A DNA stretch of 55,503 nt, the filler included, from Platydemus manokwari (Eukaryota): assembly GCA_037951405.1 (NCBI GenBank). It is 5 parts of 5 records of this genome, joined end to end, with 100 filler letters (N's around TTAATTAATTAA, not from the genome) between each part and the next. Parts side by side here need not be neighbours in the genome. Positions count along the whole stretch, not along the records: positions 9,242 to 19,376 come from JBBMOY011164991.1; positions 19,477 to 28,941 come from JBBMOY011245763.1; 3 more parts are not named here. One strand, 5' to 3'. Shown here in pieces: positions 13,533 to 27,774 of this stretch. Position 1 is the stretch's first letter, and the number at the start of each line of letters is the position of its first letter. Under the pieces are notes generated by a model, which saw only the letters and a list, made by a program, of their open reading frames with translations, was not told the origin of the DNA and did not search any database. The translations under genes and the position numbers were made by a program.

Positions 13533-14836
13533 TGTTGATTGATTTCGTCTGAAATAATGTTGTATTTATATAATTTGTATCGATTATCAATGATGAGGGA
13601 ATATTTGATAATTTTCATTCTCAGATTTCAGTAATAAAATCAATAAATCAATATTACATAATTATTATTATTATTAATAATATAATTTTAGCATTAATGA
13701 TTTATTAATAATAATAAAAATAATAATAACAATGATAATAATTATTATTATAGTGGTTATTGATATTATTAATTTTTATTATTAATTTCCCATTATTATT
13801 ATGTTGGGTTCTCAATGTTGAATTCTAGCAATTATTGATAATAACGATTTTTATGTGTATATTGTAGTGTTCTGAATCAATTAAGTGTATTTTGCAGTAA
13901 TTTATTAATTTTCAAAGTTAGTTGAAACGTATCATTGAGCCAGTTTCAATGTAACAATTGTTGATATTAATTTTTATTCGAAATATGTAAAAATTGTTAG
14001 CAATGTCCAATTTCATCCATTGCAGAGATAAATTGAAATATTTGCTTATCTTTCGCATGAAATATGGCGATGAAGCGATAATTTTTTTGTAATTCTGGAA
14101 TAAATAATTTATTAGTATTGGGGTAATATAGTTATAAAACATGTGTTGTCCAAAAGCAGAGATGAAATTCTACAATGTGCGTAAAACTGGTTTAAATAGT
14201 GGGAATCTTCGCTACGTATTTGACGCTGAAGAATCCAAAAGAAAAGTCATATTGTATACACGAGGAAAGACCTAAGGAACTAGGTAAAATCTCTCGATAT
14301 CCATTTATCAAATGCCATTGAAATAGACGAGATCGAAAGATTATAAAAGAACTGGAGACGTATATAGATGGGACATGGGAATAGCGCTTTGATGACAGAC
14401 CAAATCAACGAAATAGTAAGAGATGGTAATTTGAATCCCAGTGCGCCAGTATTCGTGCAGAAGAGCCGACATTGGATATGACATAGATTACCCCAATTAT
14501 GACAGTAATTTCTACCGGAAGCGTAAATCGGATACAACAGTCCTCAATCATTGCATAGTGTTGGACTTCCGAGAAAACTATATTTTTATTAACAATTCTT
14601 GCATTATTTGATTCCGTGTATATTAATAGCAAACGTTTAAGGTGCATAAAAGTATTGTATTGTATTGTAATTTTTTATCGGTATTTTCCTATATATAAAA
14701 AATTACTCTAGTTAATAGTAGTTTTTTTTGTGGATTGATAGATTATATACGATATATAGTAGTCATATAGTATTGATTGCGAAGTGAAAATAGATAGGAT
14801 AAGGTTTTATAGTTTGTACCTTGGACTTGATTAATG

Positions 14837-15820
14837 CAGCTGTTTCCAAAATATGATTTTCGAATACAAACTAAAAAAGTCGAATAGGTGTCAAAAAATT
14901 GAATCAGCAGTATACGTAATATATTGATTTAATTGTATTGCATTTTAAATTAATATAAAGTCATTGATTTAAAATAATACCCCTTTTAAATGGATAAAAA
15001 TACGTAATTGGCTTGAAAAGAAAATTAAATGAGGCAGAAGCAGAGGGCAAAAGAAAAGATGACGAAAATATTGGAAATACATCTTCGCAAAATAGTAAAC
15101 CTAAATATAGAAAATATGATCCAATGTACTTATCATTAGGATTTGCATATAATGTTGTTAATGGCCAAGAACGACCATTGTGTTTGCTGTGTATGAATAC
15201 TTTGGCCTCAGACAGCATGAAACCAAATAAATTAAAACGACATCTTGAAAAAGTACATGCAGATCACGTTGGCAAGACAAGAGAATTTTTCCAAAGAAAA
15301 TTAGAGAATTTAAATAAACAACAAGAAATGTTTTCAAGGACCATGTCTGTAACACAAAAAGCATTGCTTGCGTCATATAAAGTTTCTTATAGAATTGCTA
15401 AATGCAAAAAACCCCATTCAATAGGAGAAACTTTGGTGCTACCTGCAGCTATTGACATGATAGAAACGATGCTCGGTGAATCATATGCTGATCAACTTAA
15501 AATCATTCCACTTGCAGATAATACGGTGGGAAGACGAATATCCGATATATCTGAAGATCTTTGCGATCAATTAATAGAAAAAGTAAAACTATCTTCTTTC
15601 GCGTTGCAAGTAGATGAGGCTACCGATGTTCTTAAGGATGCACACTTGATAACATATGTAAGATATGTTGTGGAAACTGATGTTAGAGAAGACATGTTAT
15701 TCTGTAAACCTATTGAATGCAATACTACAGCAATGGAAGTTTTTAAAATCATTGATAATTTTTTCAATGAAAATGGCATTCTGTGGGAGAACTGTGTTGG
15801 ACTATGCACAGATGGCAGGA
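14837..15820 (+). mobile_element. hAT (Buster/SPIN-like; ZBED8/SCAND3/FAM200-related) transposase, 3'-truncated
   Basis: ORF 15013-15885 has YDPMYLSLGF, a BED finger CLLC...KLKRHLEKVH, KPHSIGETLVLPA, FALQVDEATDV and CTDG, then loses similarity. ATG at 14990 is out of frame by a small indel. Possible TIR remnant CAGCTGTTTCCAAA at 14837. Confidence 0.9.
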
Positions 15821-17522
15821 AAAAATGCTGGTCTAATAATTTTCAGTTATCAGTGTTAGTTAATAATCCAACACAATATATTTAAATAAGTTTAACTTTT
15901 GATGGTTCATTGAATTTTTGTCAAAATTTGTAAAGAGTTGTTGCAGAAAAATTTTAAATTTACTTAGGTTTCAAGGACATCATGGTACTGTTACGATATT
16001 TACTGATACTAAATATCAAAATTATAATTGAATACCATAATATTTTACAGGAAAACAAATTATCAAATAATCAAGGTCCGAAATCATATAAGGCTTGGTA
16101 CACACAGATCCGATAAACGGACGTGCAAAAAGTCAATCAAATTCCTTTAAATATTTATCCATATTTAGAAGTTAATAATCGACTGGAGCATACCAACAAA
16201 TTCAACAGACAGATAACTGCCAATGTCGCAAGAAATGTAAGGAAAATCACTATCATATCTATGTACGAACAAATTCAACAAATGAAAAACAAAGCTTAGG
16301 ATATCAAACGGATATACACAATAGTACTATAGTTACCGACCAAAATAGACTGGCAGATACTCAAGAGATCCAACTCCTTTTATAGACTTGTCTCAAGGCT
16401 TTGCTTTTATTCACACGTTAGTTTATTAGTAATTTTTTTGGTATCCTTTGTGACATTGGCATATCTCAATGTTTGTTGCTTGTTTTTTGTATGCGCTAAT
16501 CTGTGTATATCAATCTTTTGAAGGTTATTTAAATGATATCTGTGAATATTTTGAATTTTTATTACATACCTAGCAATTCCATACATGAAAACAAGCATTG
16601 CGCTTATTTGTGGATTCATGATGGTGATATGTGAAGTAGTACTATATTCATATCATGAAAAATCAAGTTTTAGTAGTCATTCTTGCTGCTGCTGCTTTTT
16701 AAAATTTATATTGAAGAAAACGATTTATACAATAATATGGATAACAGTGAATTTAATACTATGCACACTTCTGATTACAATGTTGATGGTAATTGATCTT
16801 GATAAATGCTCTTCATATTCGAAATTGTGTGCAAAATAGATAACCTTTCAATGAATTGATTTGTAAATATACTTTTTTATGTTTTCGTGGTAAGTATTAA
16901 AATATAAAGAAGTCGACTTGTAAAAAGACCAAGCATGGTTTCAGTAGCAACTCCTGGTTAAAGCAACACAGATTAATTGAATTCATTCACATCACAATGA
17001 CGTATTTAGCGACTATATCCTTCTTATCAAGAAGCATCAACAGCCATGACACCATGCTCACAATATTCTCTGGACTCTAACTTCTAAGGAGATTTATAAA
17101 ATGTTAAAAATAATTTGTTTGGCATTTATATGTTATTGTTTTTAGGTTTTTATTTAAGGAATTTCATTTTCAAAATTCTCATTGACACAACAGAAAAATA
17201 TTTTATTCTTGTTATTTTTTATAAGTACCTATTTCTAAACCGAATACGTTTAGAATATAAAATCCTGAAAATTGAAGATTTTTGTACCAAGAAGTTCTCA
17301 TAATAAGTCTATGGACTCCGTCCAGATTTCATTGATAAAACGTAAATCGCTCATGTTTCTATGAAGTATCAAATCATGATAAGTGTGTGGATTTCATCAT
17401 GAATGAAAATTATAAAGATTTTTATTCATATTTTACATTTAAAATATTAATATTTTTATACAATTTGGTTAAATATGCTTTTCAATTCGTTTTCAGTGCA
17501 TATTTTATGAAATAGTAACAGC

Positions 17523-17986
17523 TGTTGGTACTCTATTCTGGATAACCCAATAATCGCTGACAGCAAAAGGCTGCAAGCTTTATTTCTATTACACATACTA
17601 ATCAGTACGACTCTAAAACCCAATACAATATTTCAAAAACGCAACCAAAACTTGGTTTCCAACTGGCAGTTGGTCATCTTTAGATCCGTGTTTATACTGG
17701 AGATCTGTATGTAATTTTTGAGTCATGCTTGTGTCACATTTTGATTTTATCTTTTTAATTTCTCATGTTTCTATTGTGTTTATTGGTTTTTGTATGTGTG
17801 AGTGTGGTTTTATTTGTGTGTATTGCTATCCCTTTTTCCAATTATCGTTTTCTATCCAAGTTAACTATGATTGGTTGATTACCATGCCTATATGGTTGTG
17901 TAGGCATGCAAATGCTTAAAGTGCTGAAACAATGGTTCTAAAGTGCATAGCTGTTTTTCTTTCGCGAGATTTCGTCTCACTCAACA
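17523..17986 (-). mobile_element. Solo LTR, 464 bp
   Basis: Ends TGTTG...CAACA with a perfect 4-bp TSD CAGC (17519-17522, 17987-17990). Homologous to 34911-35328. CCAAT and AATAAA read on the minus strand. Confidence 0.8.
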
Positions 17987-19376
17987 CAGCTAACAATATC
18001 GAATGACAGTTTCAATAGAATAATCATATCCAACAGCAAAAAATATTACGTTCAAATCGGAAATACAAAATACTATATAAACTTTTGAATAATAATCATG
18101 TGCAAGTCTTTAAAACAACAAAATTGATTTGCCTTTTATCCAATCGTTATACTATCAATGTAAATCCTGATTAGTATTTTATTCCACCCACGCAATTGAT
18201 GATTAAATTTATTTTTATCTTTGAAATCTAATGTTAATTTTTTCATTTCAATATCATTCTTTAGCTATTGTTTACTGAATCTTTGATTGTATTTGTGAAT
18301 AAAACAAATAAAAATCTAAATGTTTTCTTCTAAAAATTGAGTAATTATAGTGTCTATTGTTCAATATTTCTAGTTGAATTATTTTTAGGAAATGACTTGG
18401 ATGTACTTTAACATAGTAAACAGATTCGAAAGAAATTAAAAATGATATGCGCCATTAGAAATATAAACTGATTTCTAAAATTTAAATATAAATAACAAAA
18501 AATACAAATAATTAATTAGTATTAATCTGTACATATTCAAATAATAAAATTAGGACCTCAATGGCTTCATTTATGTAAAATTTTATTGATAAAATTTAAA
18601 AACAAATGATGCGCAGCAATTTTTAGTGATAATAAATTTGTTTCTAGCTAACTGGTTCGTACGTGCTATAGTTTTTAGTAGAGTATAGATATTAATACTC
18701 GGAATAATTTTATTAAACCACTAATCGGATCATTAAGACTGAAATTAACTGCAGTTAATTTATGTATTCAAATAAAATTCGAACATTTATTGACCCAATT
18801 AATACTTCAAATATTAATTTTATATTAATCGCTTTTATTTTGATACTTGATATGAGCAACAAGAAATAACTATTAATACTAAAATACCAGGCTAATACGA
18901 TGGCTTAGCTATTAATACTATACATTCATTCACAAAAACTATGATGAGTAAATCGATTACAATCACTTAAAATGCGACTCAATTAGTAACTGACTGACAG
19001 TAAAATCTTAGTGAAGCATAGCAGATTGTCCACCACAATCGGGAATCATCATAATTCATTACAAGCTTGGATATTGAAGAAAAATTGAAACCCAAACCAA
19101 ATTTATGCATGCATTCATCAAGTTTTTTATTCCATTGTTAGGCCAAATAGGATTATTATCGATAATTCTGTATTGGTCTCATTAAATAAATAGGATCAAA
19201 TTTCTCCATATGTCTCAGTGCTGTGTGTGTTCTTTGTTGTTTATAATAAAAATTTTAAAAAGATAAGTTAAATAAAAAATTTGGTATATACTGCGTTAGA
19301 TGATAATGAACAATAATAAATTTCTACATTATTGTGTTTGAACTCTATTTTTCACTGCTTAAAATCTTATTAAATT

Positions 19377-19476
19377 NNNNNNNNNNNNNNNNNNNNNNNN
19401 NNNNNNNNNNNNNNNNNNNNTTAATTAATTAANNNNNNNNNNNNNNNNNNNNNNNNNNNNNNNNNNNNNNNNNNNN
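19377..19476. other. Artificial contig linker
   Basis: 44 N + TTAATTAATTAA (19421-19432) + 44 N. Confidence 0.95.
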
Positions 19477-22400
19477 ACTATGCAAAATGTACTTTAAATA
19501 AATAAATATTTTTCAAAAAAAACCGAAATTTTAAGGTTATACACCTAATAGTTTGATAAAACAATGTTCAGAGTAGTCTATACCTTAGCCCTTTAATAAA
19601 CTAACTCGATTTATAATTATAAAAATGTAAATTTAAAAACTCAAATAATCAGATAGAAATGTTGTGATTAGAATGGGAACTTGGTTTTAAAATTATGTTT
19701 TGTCATTATTACACATCTTAAAAATAATATTATAACGAAAGTAGGTCAAAGGACCCTTTTCTTCACTTAAGCCCTTATTTTACTTTTATGGGATTATATA
19801 TAAGGTCATTCACTGCTTTAAAATCATATTTTAGTAAGAAAAACAAAATTCCTCAGAAATCACAATATTTTCCAATTATTTTTCAAAAGAATAAAATAGC
19901 TATGATTCGAGGATAACCAATTTGTCAAAACTTCTTTTTAATCAATATTGTAAAATATAAATTCACTTTTCGCTTTGTACATACTGAACGTCTTTGTCGT
20001 TATCGATGTGATATTAAATGTTTTACAAGTCTATTTAAAAGTCTTTGGATCAACTTTTGCCATTTTACACTCAATCGCTTCTTTTCCTCCGACAACTTAC
20101 CAGTGCTGAATCTGGGCGTAATATGAACTTCATTTATAACCCGGGTTAGATCCTAAATGGCCGGGAAATCGTTCGTTTAATTATTAGCATATTTTGCTCA
20201 AAATAATCTCCCTTGTTTGACACACATTTCATGTCAAGACAATTTTTTTCGACCGATTATTTCGATTTATTAATTTATCCTCTTATTTGTACTTATCGAC
20301 TATTAGTGGCGAGTTATATTTATCGAATTTTCATTGTTATACATAATCTTGATGTATTTCTAAAACCATGTTTTGAAATTTAGACTGTGCCGAAACTAAC
20401 GTCATTACACGTTAAATAAATCAATAAATAAGTTCATACACATCATCATTATAGATTCACGGATAAATATCATAAATGTTTACATAACTGTCAACGAAAT
20501 TATTAGAAATATCAATGTAATGAAATCGAGTCTTCACTTATCAAAGAAAATCAGGATCACAACGGTATCTTTATTAATACAATCTTGAAAGATTGTCTCA
20601 ACCATTGAATCTGGCACAAACCAAAATTGTGTCCCCAATCGAACCTGGTCAGTGAGAATATTAGAGTGATATGTTTTTCTACTTGTTGTGTATGTGTAGA
20701 GCATAGCTAATTTATGTTTATATTTTTATGGGATTTAATGGCTTTTATTGTCTGTGTCACAAGATTTATAAAAATACAAATTTCGTTGTCTCTTAAACAT
20801 ATTTCTAAGCATTGGTTTATCTAATCATTAAGGTTTTTCTGTGACTTAATCGTCTGCTGATGCATCGATAAGGACATTCCATTCGCGATAAAAATTTTTT
20901 AATTTCTTCCTGAAATTCTATTTTATCTTTTATTTCCTTTAGTTGCAGAAATTTAGCTCCAATCGATCTAAGTTGAATACATTTTTTTCTGAATTATTAA
21001 AAGAATACTTTTAAACATAAATATGCTCAAAGTTATTGACGCTCATGTATCCAAAATTGTTATGGTTTGAACAACTTGATAGATTATTTTTTCTTCGAAA
21101 TTATTTCACCCCTGATTCCAAATAATTTCTTAATTAGATTTTTATGTTTAAATTACCATAACGAACGTTCCGTTCATGTAGTAAGCTTTGGTTATTCCAC
21201 AAAAAAATTTCTGCACGGGCATGGCATCTCTATATTGTATATGTTAGTTTAAAATCGAACTGATTATTAAAGATTCTTGTTGATGCCAATGCATTCGGAG
21301 GAACAATTAAAAGAAAATTCCTTTAAAACAGAATCCTACGTTGAATATATACGGTCTAAGAATAGAATTCGTGAACAGAATGAAGACTCAATATGTGATC
21401 TCAGATATCAAGTTTAGTAAAAGGCATGCATGAACACAATATTGTATACATAAGAGATGGAATCACAATTTCACACACATAATCATTATATTACACCCAT
21501 ATATCAATACAAATCCAAGTTGTCATCTTTTATTATTGTTATACCATTGTTAAAGTACAAGGCCTCAATATAAAATGACATACTACTTCAAATGGACAAA
21601 GAAAAATTCCAAAAATGTGGGAAAACCCATTTGAACAAAGACTCACTTACTACATTTGGCACTGTAAAGAAGTACCCATTAATCCTTGAAATGCTTACTA
21701 ATGGTCACTTCAAAGTGAAACAATTTCGATTATATTTTATCTCTTCAGGTTATGGATAAAGATTCTTGGAGTGGCTTCGTTAAATTCGTACCAATAATGT
21801 TTAAGAAATACATTAAGGTGACTTACTGAACCAAGCAAGAGTTTGCTATTTCCTTTATGTATTATGTGTCCATTACAATATAGTGAATTGATCATGGAAT
21901 CATCAGCTTAAAAATTATTACTGTGGATGACGCTGTCAATTCTAAGCAAATTGATAAGTACCAGTTATAATAATTCTTCTTTTTGGTTTTATTTGGAAAA
22001 TTGTGTGTCCTATTTTATCGAAAAAGTATATTGATTTTATTTTGTGTGAATCAACTTCAACGAATAGTGGTTCGACTAAACAATCAATTAAAAATTGCTG
22101 AAAATAAGAAGTATTCAAAATTGAATAAAATTGAATATCGTCTTAGCAACTAATGAATCAGCTAAAACAATAATCGTACCAATTAGAACTTTATCATAAT
22201 TCCAAGTTCAGAGAAAAATTAAAGAACATTAAAAATATGTCCAAAAATTATTCCGAAAATTTCCCTGTAATTTGCATCTCCACGAATAATTCACTGCTAA
22301 TCACCATTTAGTATATAAGGACTGGTAGAGAGCGACAATGGCCAATTTATTTGTGAAACCACTAGCCGCTGTTACAGAAGTTGTTGATTGTCATTCTGCG

Positions 22401-24809
22401 AGAGAATATATTTAGTTGCCAAGGTAACCTGAAGATGAATCAAACGAAACCCAGTACAACTTTAATTAAGGTATGCAATATTATTAACTTAATGTCCGTG
22501 TATTTTCGTTGTATTTGATCTTTATGTTGGGGTTCTGGCCCAACAATTTACTTAAAACAATCAATTAACATTGGAAAAAATATGTGTATACATTTGCATG
22601 GCAGTACGTACAAAATGTGTATTAATTTGTATTGCATGTATTTTTATGTTTTTACAATTCTTGGATTTTGTGAGCAAAAACCTGTTCGTAATATTGATAT
22701 TTATAATAATTATTATTTATATATACGTAAAATAATAATACCAATAAAATTACCAATAGAAAATCCATCGAAATTCCCTAAAATAGTAAATTAATTTATA
22801 AAATATTGACACGCAATAAGATATCGCGCATTAAAAGCGACAAATAAATTATAATCTGTTTTCGCGCATGAAAAATATCAAATTTAATCGAGCGATATTT
22901 TCTCTGCCTAATAAATTTATTCGGAGAGAATTTCTTTCATCACTGAATAAATTCACTGGCATTAAATTTAATCGCAGATAATATCTGCGAGTGATTCACA
23001 CTGCCTATGTAAGCAGTGATTACAATCAACAATGCCATTATTCTCGTTAACAAATTACTGCTGTTATTGTCGCTGTCTGACAATATACCAATTGGAGAGG
23101 ACCCATCATCCAAATTTCAATTCAACGCATTGAGGAAGATCATCATTTGCAGAAGATCAATTTCCCTGTACATGCCCGGCATTTGCTGGAAGACAGAAAG
23201 TAAGACTGTACCTGTAAGATACTGATCTATATTATATACCATATTGTATATCGTCATATTATAGAGTTTTATCTCATAAAAACCTCTTACAGGTATTGGT
23301 TCGGCTTCTCAAGTTGAAGTTTGCAACTCTTCTTATTTTCCAGAATTGTAGGTGTTGTCTGGGTGTATTTTATCGTTGCAAATTGTATTTCAAAACAAAA
23401 CAATTTGTGTATTATTTTATATTTAGTAATCAATAAACATTACTGTATCAATTGATTGTTGAGTTGTTGATTAGATAGAATATAGGTATAGGTCTTTTAA
23501 ATTTGAGACTCATTGTGATTGATTTGAGACGGAGAGTTATAAAATATAGTGTTCGGATCAGTGCTGCCTTTCATATTATATTGAGAGCGACGTGAAGGCA
23601 GAAGATTATAAAATAAGGTTTCATAGAGTGTATCTTAAGGGGTTGATCAGAGCTCACAGAGACTGGTCAAGACAGCATTGATCCATAGTATTAAATTGTC
23701 AAATTATTTAATATAGAGACTGATTAGTAAATTAAACAAGCAGCCCCAAAACACATTATTTACACCATCTTGATATCTGATTCCTCTCCAATACAAGATT
23801 GTTCTCTATATATTTAAATGATTAGCTTTATCAGTGTGCCCAAATAGCCTACATGTGTTCTTATTGTTATTTTTTGTATAAATACAAAATATTTTATTCT
23901 CAAAATACCTTGGTTTTTAATTACTTTAATTGCTGGGATGTGGATGTAAGAATATGATATTATACAACTCAAAAGTGTGAGTCTTGTTATGCATGCAAAA
24001 ATTTGTTTTGGTTAAAAATTCATAGAAATTTATATATTCAGAAATTAACATAGTTATTTATTTTACAAGACTTATTTTTCCATCACAATATTCGTACAAA
24101 TTAATTTACATCAATCAGTTTTACAAAACAAATTGGAAAGATGACCCTGTCGTGAACTGAAAAACGCTAAGTTTTTCCTTATGGTTTTGAGATATATTTG
24201 TTATTATTTATTTGCTGCATGAACCAAAATGTCCGATCTTCTTGACGTAATAACTATGCTTATTTATCAAAAATTACCGAAAGATATTATTTTTTTTCTA
24301 AAGATTAAAAATCGATACTGAAAATTTCGAACTAATTAATTAAACTAAATTTTCAACTCGATATTTGAGAGTAAACTGATCATTTTTAATATCGGCTTAT
24401 ATAGTCTTCGACGTTGAATATATTGTGCACACGAGCATTCACTAAATTTTATCATTTTCGGATTCTTTGAACCGAGATTATTAAGGAATATTTAAGATTC
24501 CAAAAATGTTTTGTGATTAATAATTTGATATTTAAAGATTTTACTAATATTGATTTTTGATATTAAAATTTATTAAACTTTCATTCTATTATTTCTGACT
24601 TATTTTAATTAAATTATTAATATTAATTAATATGAATAAATTGTATATATGAATATCAGCTGACTTCAAGGTGGTGTGGACTTTAAGCATCCAAGTCAAC
24701 ACTTCAGTTCCTCTTACTCCAGGTCTTTCACTTTTCTTCCCAGCCTTTTTACAGATTGGGCTAATAAAGCCAGGTGTTATTGGCTTGATTTTTGTGAGCA
24801 AACTTTTTT

Positions 24810-24849
24810 GATTTTGTTTTCTTTTTGCAGAATTTCATCTCACTCAACA
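24810..24849 (-). mobile_element. Terminal fragment of the same LTR family
   Basis: GAATTTCATCTCACTCAACA matches the end of the 35328 copy and closely matches the 17986 copy. Confidence 0.55.
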
Positions 24850-27774
24850 GGCTTGTCAGTCTATTCATGTTGTTATTCGGACACATTTATTTGGCAGGAA
24901 AGGCATTCAAAATCCATAAATAGTGTTTGGTATTATTTTTGTTGTTTGATTTTCAGAAGGGTGTTTTGGTTCGTAATATTTTACTTAACTTATGTCTGAC
25001 TCCAGGAGAGTATTAAAGAAATTATAAAAATAATTTAAATATAAATAAATGAACACATTAGATGGGAATATATAATTAATCTATCAATATCTAAATACAA
25101 TTATATGATAACAAATGTGATTTGAAAATAACAAATGTCAATATTAATCAATTAACAAAAGCAAGTGACCATGTGAATTATTTGGATTAATTAGTTATTC
25201 GCCATTGTTTTTTTCTTTAAGTTTATTAGATCCTTGTATTTAAGATAATTGGGATCTAATACTCCGGCAACTACACAGATAAGTTACTAAGATTTAGATT
25301 AAGATAGGTTTTGGACACTGTTCATTGCAACGGTGACAATAATTATCGTTAAAATAAACACGGTCAATCATAAAAATTTGTAAAACAAGAATAAATACAA
25401 TTATTGTTGAAATTATCAATAATATTTTTTCCTTTTTAGTTTGTATATCGTTCACGAAGGAATTACTGTTTATAGATTTCTCGATTCAGTTAATAATTGA
25501 ATTTCTCTTAGGTGAAGTGGTGTGTTTTCTTTCAGAAACCAATAGCTTGAAATTTCTCAATAATTGTTGTGAGTGTTTCACTCAATAATGGTAGACTTTT
25601 TAACAAGTAATTTATGGGTGTAGTTATGAGTCATGTCTTTCTTTTTAAACTTTTATTTTCACCTTCTCTGATTTATCATCTTCCGGATTATTATTGCATT
25701 TTCTTTATACTATTTTTGGACTCCTACGCTTTTTAAAATCTATATTTAGAATTATTTAATTACATTTATGTTTTCTATGTTTCTATTCCTGGATTTTTGA
25801 AAATACAAAGTAAGAGTTCAAGAAAATGGAGAATAAAATAGACTTGAAATGAAAGTTTTTCGTAACTCAAAACTCAATGATAATGTTAACTATCTACAAG
25901 CTCAAGGAAACAGAGAAGTTGTGACAAAAACGATCTTTCCAACAACTAAACTAGTTATCAATATACACTACCATGCATTAAGAGTTAAGATTAGCTCTGA
26001 TAACTTTACCATCATCAATATCAGCAGTGATAATTTAAACTTGGAAGCCCTAATATTTTAAACTTCAAAATTGGATCGTCAGATCTATAGACCTAAGAGT
26101 CTCCACAAACCTCCTGGCGAACCATTATAAAGCCTCAACAGATGAAGCAGTCAAATCGGAACTAAAAACTGCGAAGAGCAAATTCAAATTAATTAGTAAG
26201 GTGTTCAAATTATTCCCAAACACTGATAATGCTACAAAGTAAAAATTGATAATGGATTATGATAAATTAACTGAAAATTTAGGGAGTCCCTCAAATGAAG
26301 GTTCAAATACAATAGTCAAAAATGATAGACTTCTGAAACGCCTTCATAGCAAGTATTTGTCCAAATAAGCCAATTTTTCATTTCACTATGTTAAAGTGAA
26401 GCGAAACTCTATAACAATCCAAAGAAAGCCAATCAAGTACAGAGAAGGTTCTGTGAAACAATCTCCAACAATTAAACCGGCAACTGTCGACTCAGTAGCC
26501 AACAAGAAAGTATTCTAAAAGACATTGAACAGAAAGATGAAAGCTGCACTCGTTATTTCAAACAGTTGGATGACTTCGAATACCCCACTGACAACGATGA
26601 TGATCTCAATTCGCACGAACTTCAGGTATGAACTACCTTCATGACTCACACAAATAGACAGAACCTTCTACATGGTTGAAGCATCTATGATAAATTATCT
26701 GTTCATTAGAAAGAATAAGTTATAAACTATCTGCCCTGGTTATCTCATAAACCAATATTTAATAGACAAATATTAATATATTTACATGTATTGTTAAATT
26801 CAAATACAGTATTAACCGATTCAATTTTTTTGACAAGTAGTTAAACTACAAAAAACTAAGTCGCATATTAGCAGAATATAAAAGCCTAAATTAGATTTTA
26901 AATCAAATAATTCAAGACTTAATGAAATTAATAAAAAATTAAACGCTTCAGATTATACATTGTATACAATGAAATTTAATTTATCAGAAAACAACACAGT
27001 TGATTCTTATTTAGCATATTACAAACTTATGTAAAGAATTTAATATTAAAAGACAAAAATTGATTTTAAATATTTTGTTTTCATGTTAGTAATGAAGATA
27101 TTGTGAACTTTTTAAATTGTGATTTCGGTAATTGGGTACGACAATATAATTAAGATTGTGAATCTGAACGATTATTTTATCATATAATTTGTTTATTCAA
27201 AACAACTGAATCATTGATGCATTAACATGTTACATCCTATTTGCTGGTACTTGACGATATGGACTAACTGTAACAAAGGCGGACTCAATCTTTTTCTACT
27301 TTTTACCAGAAAGCTTGATGCCATATGGGTTAACTTGGAAATATAACGTCGATTTATTAAATTATTTCTATTATGAAATATTATTTCGGAGTTTTTATTG
27401 TTATATAGAAAACAATTGCTGTTATAACGAATAGTGATGTCGAATGTGCTTATTGATCAGTAAATAATGGCCAGTTCACAGGCATGTCCACTCAACAATT
27501 CAATTATTGACAAATGTTTCAAACGTTATTTATAATTTAATTAGATCAAATGTGTTTTCAGATCTTGGCAAAGGCTGAAAAGGAACAATTTTGTTTTCAA
27601 GTTGTGAATTAACAATTTAATACTTAAATAGAAGATATTTTATTGATTATTCTCATGAAAACTCCAGTAACAATCCCATTACAACATAATAAATTAGAAA
27701 CAAGACCGTGCAAAATTGAAGCAAATAATTTGTACAGAAAATATAATCAAATATAAAATTAATTCCCCTTGATG

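Noticed and set aside
16000-16850. Coding-like patches possibly from a non-LTR or Penelope element
   Set aside because: No diagnostic motif recoverable by eye.
22972-22990. 9-bp inverted repeat TCGCAGATA-A-TATCTGCGA in a CG-enriched patch
   Set aside because: Probably part of a decayed MITE, but no matching termini or TSD could be defined.
20500-26700. Scattered coding-like or TE-like stretches (21200-21800, 22200-22450, 23000-23700, 25850-26700)
   Set aside because: All frames are interrupted and no family motif or splice model could be supported.
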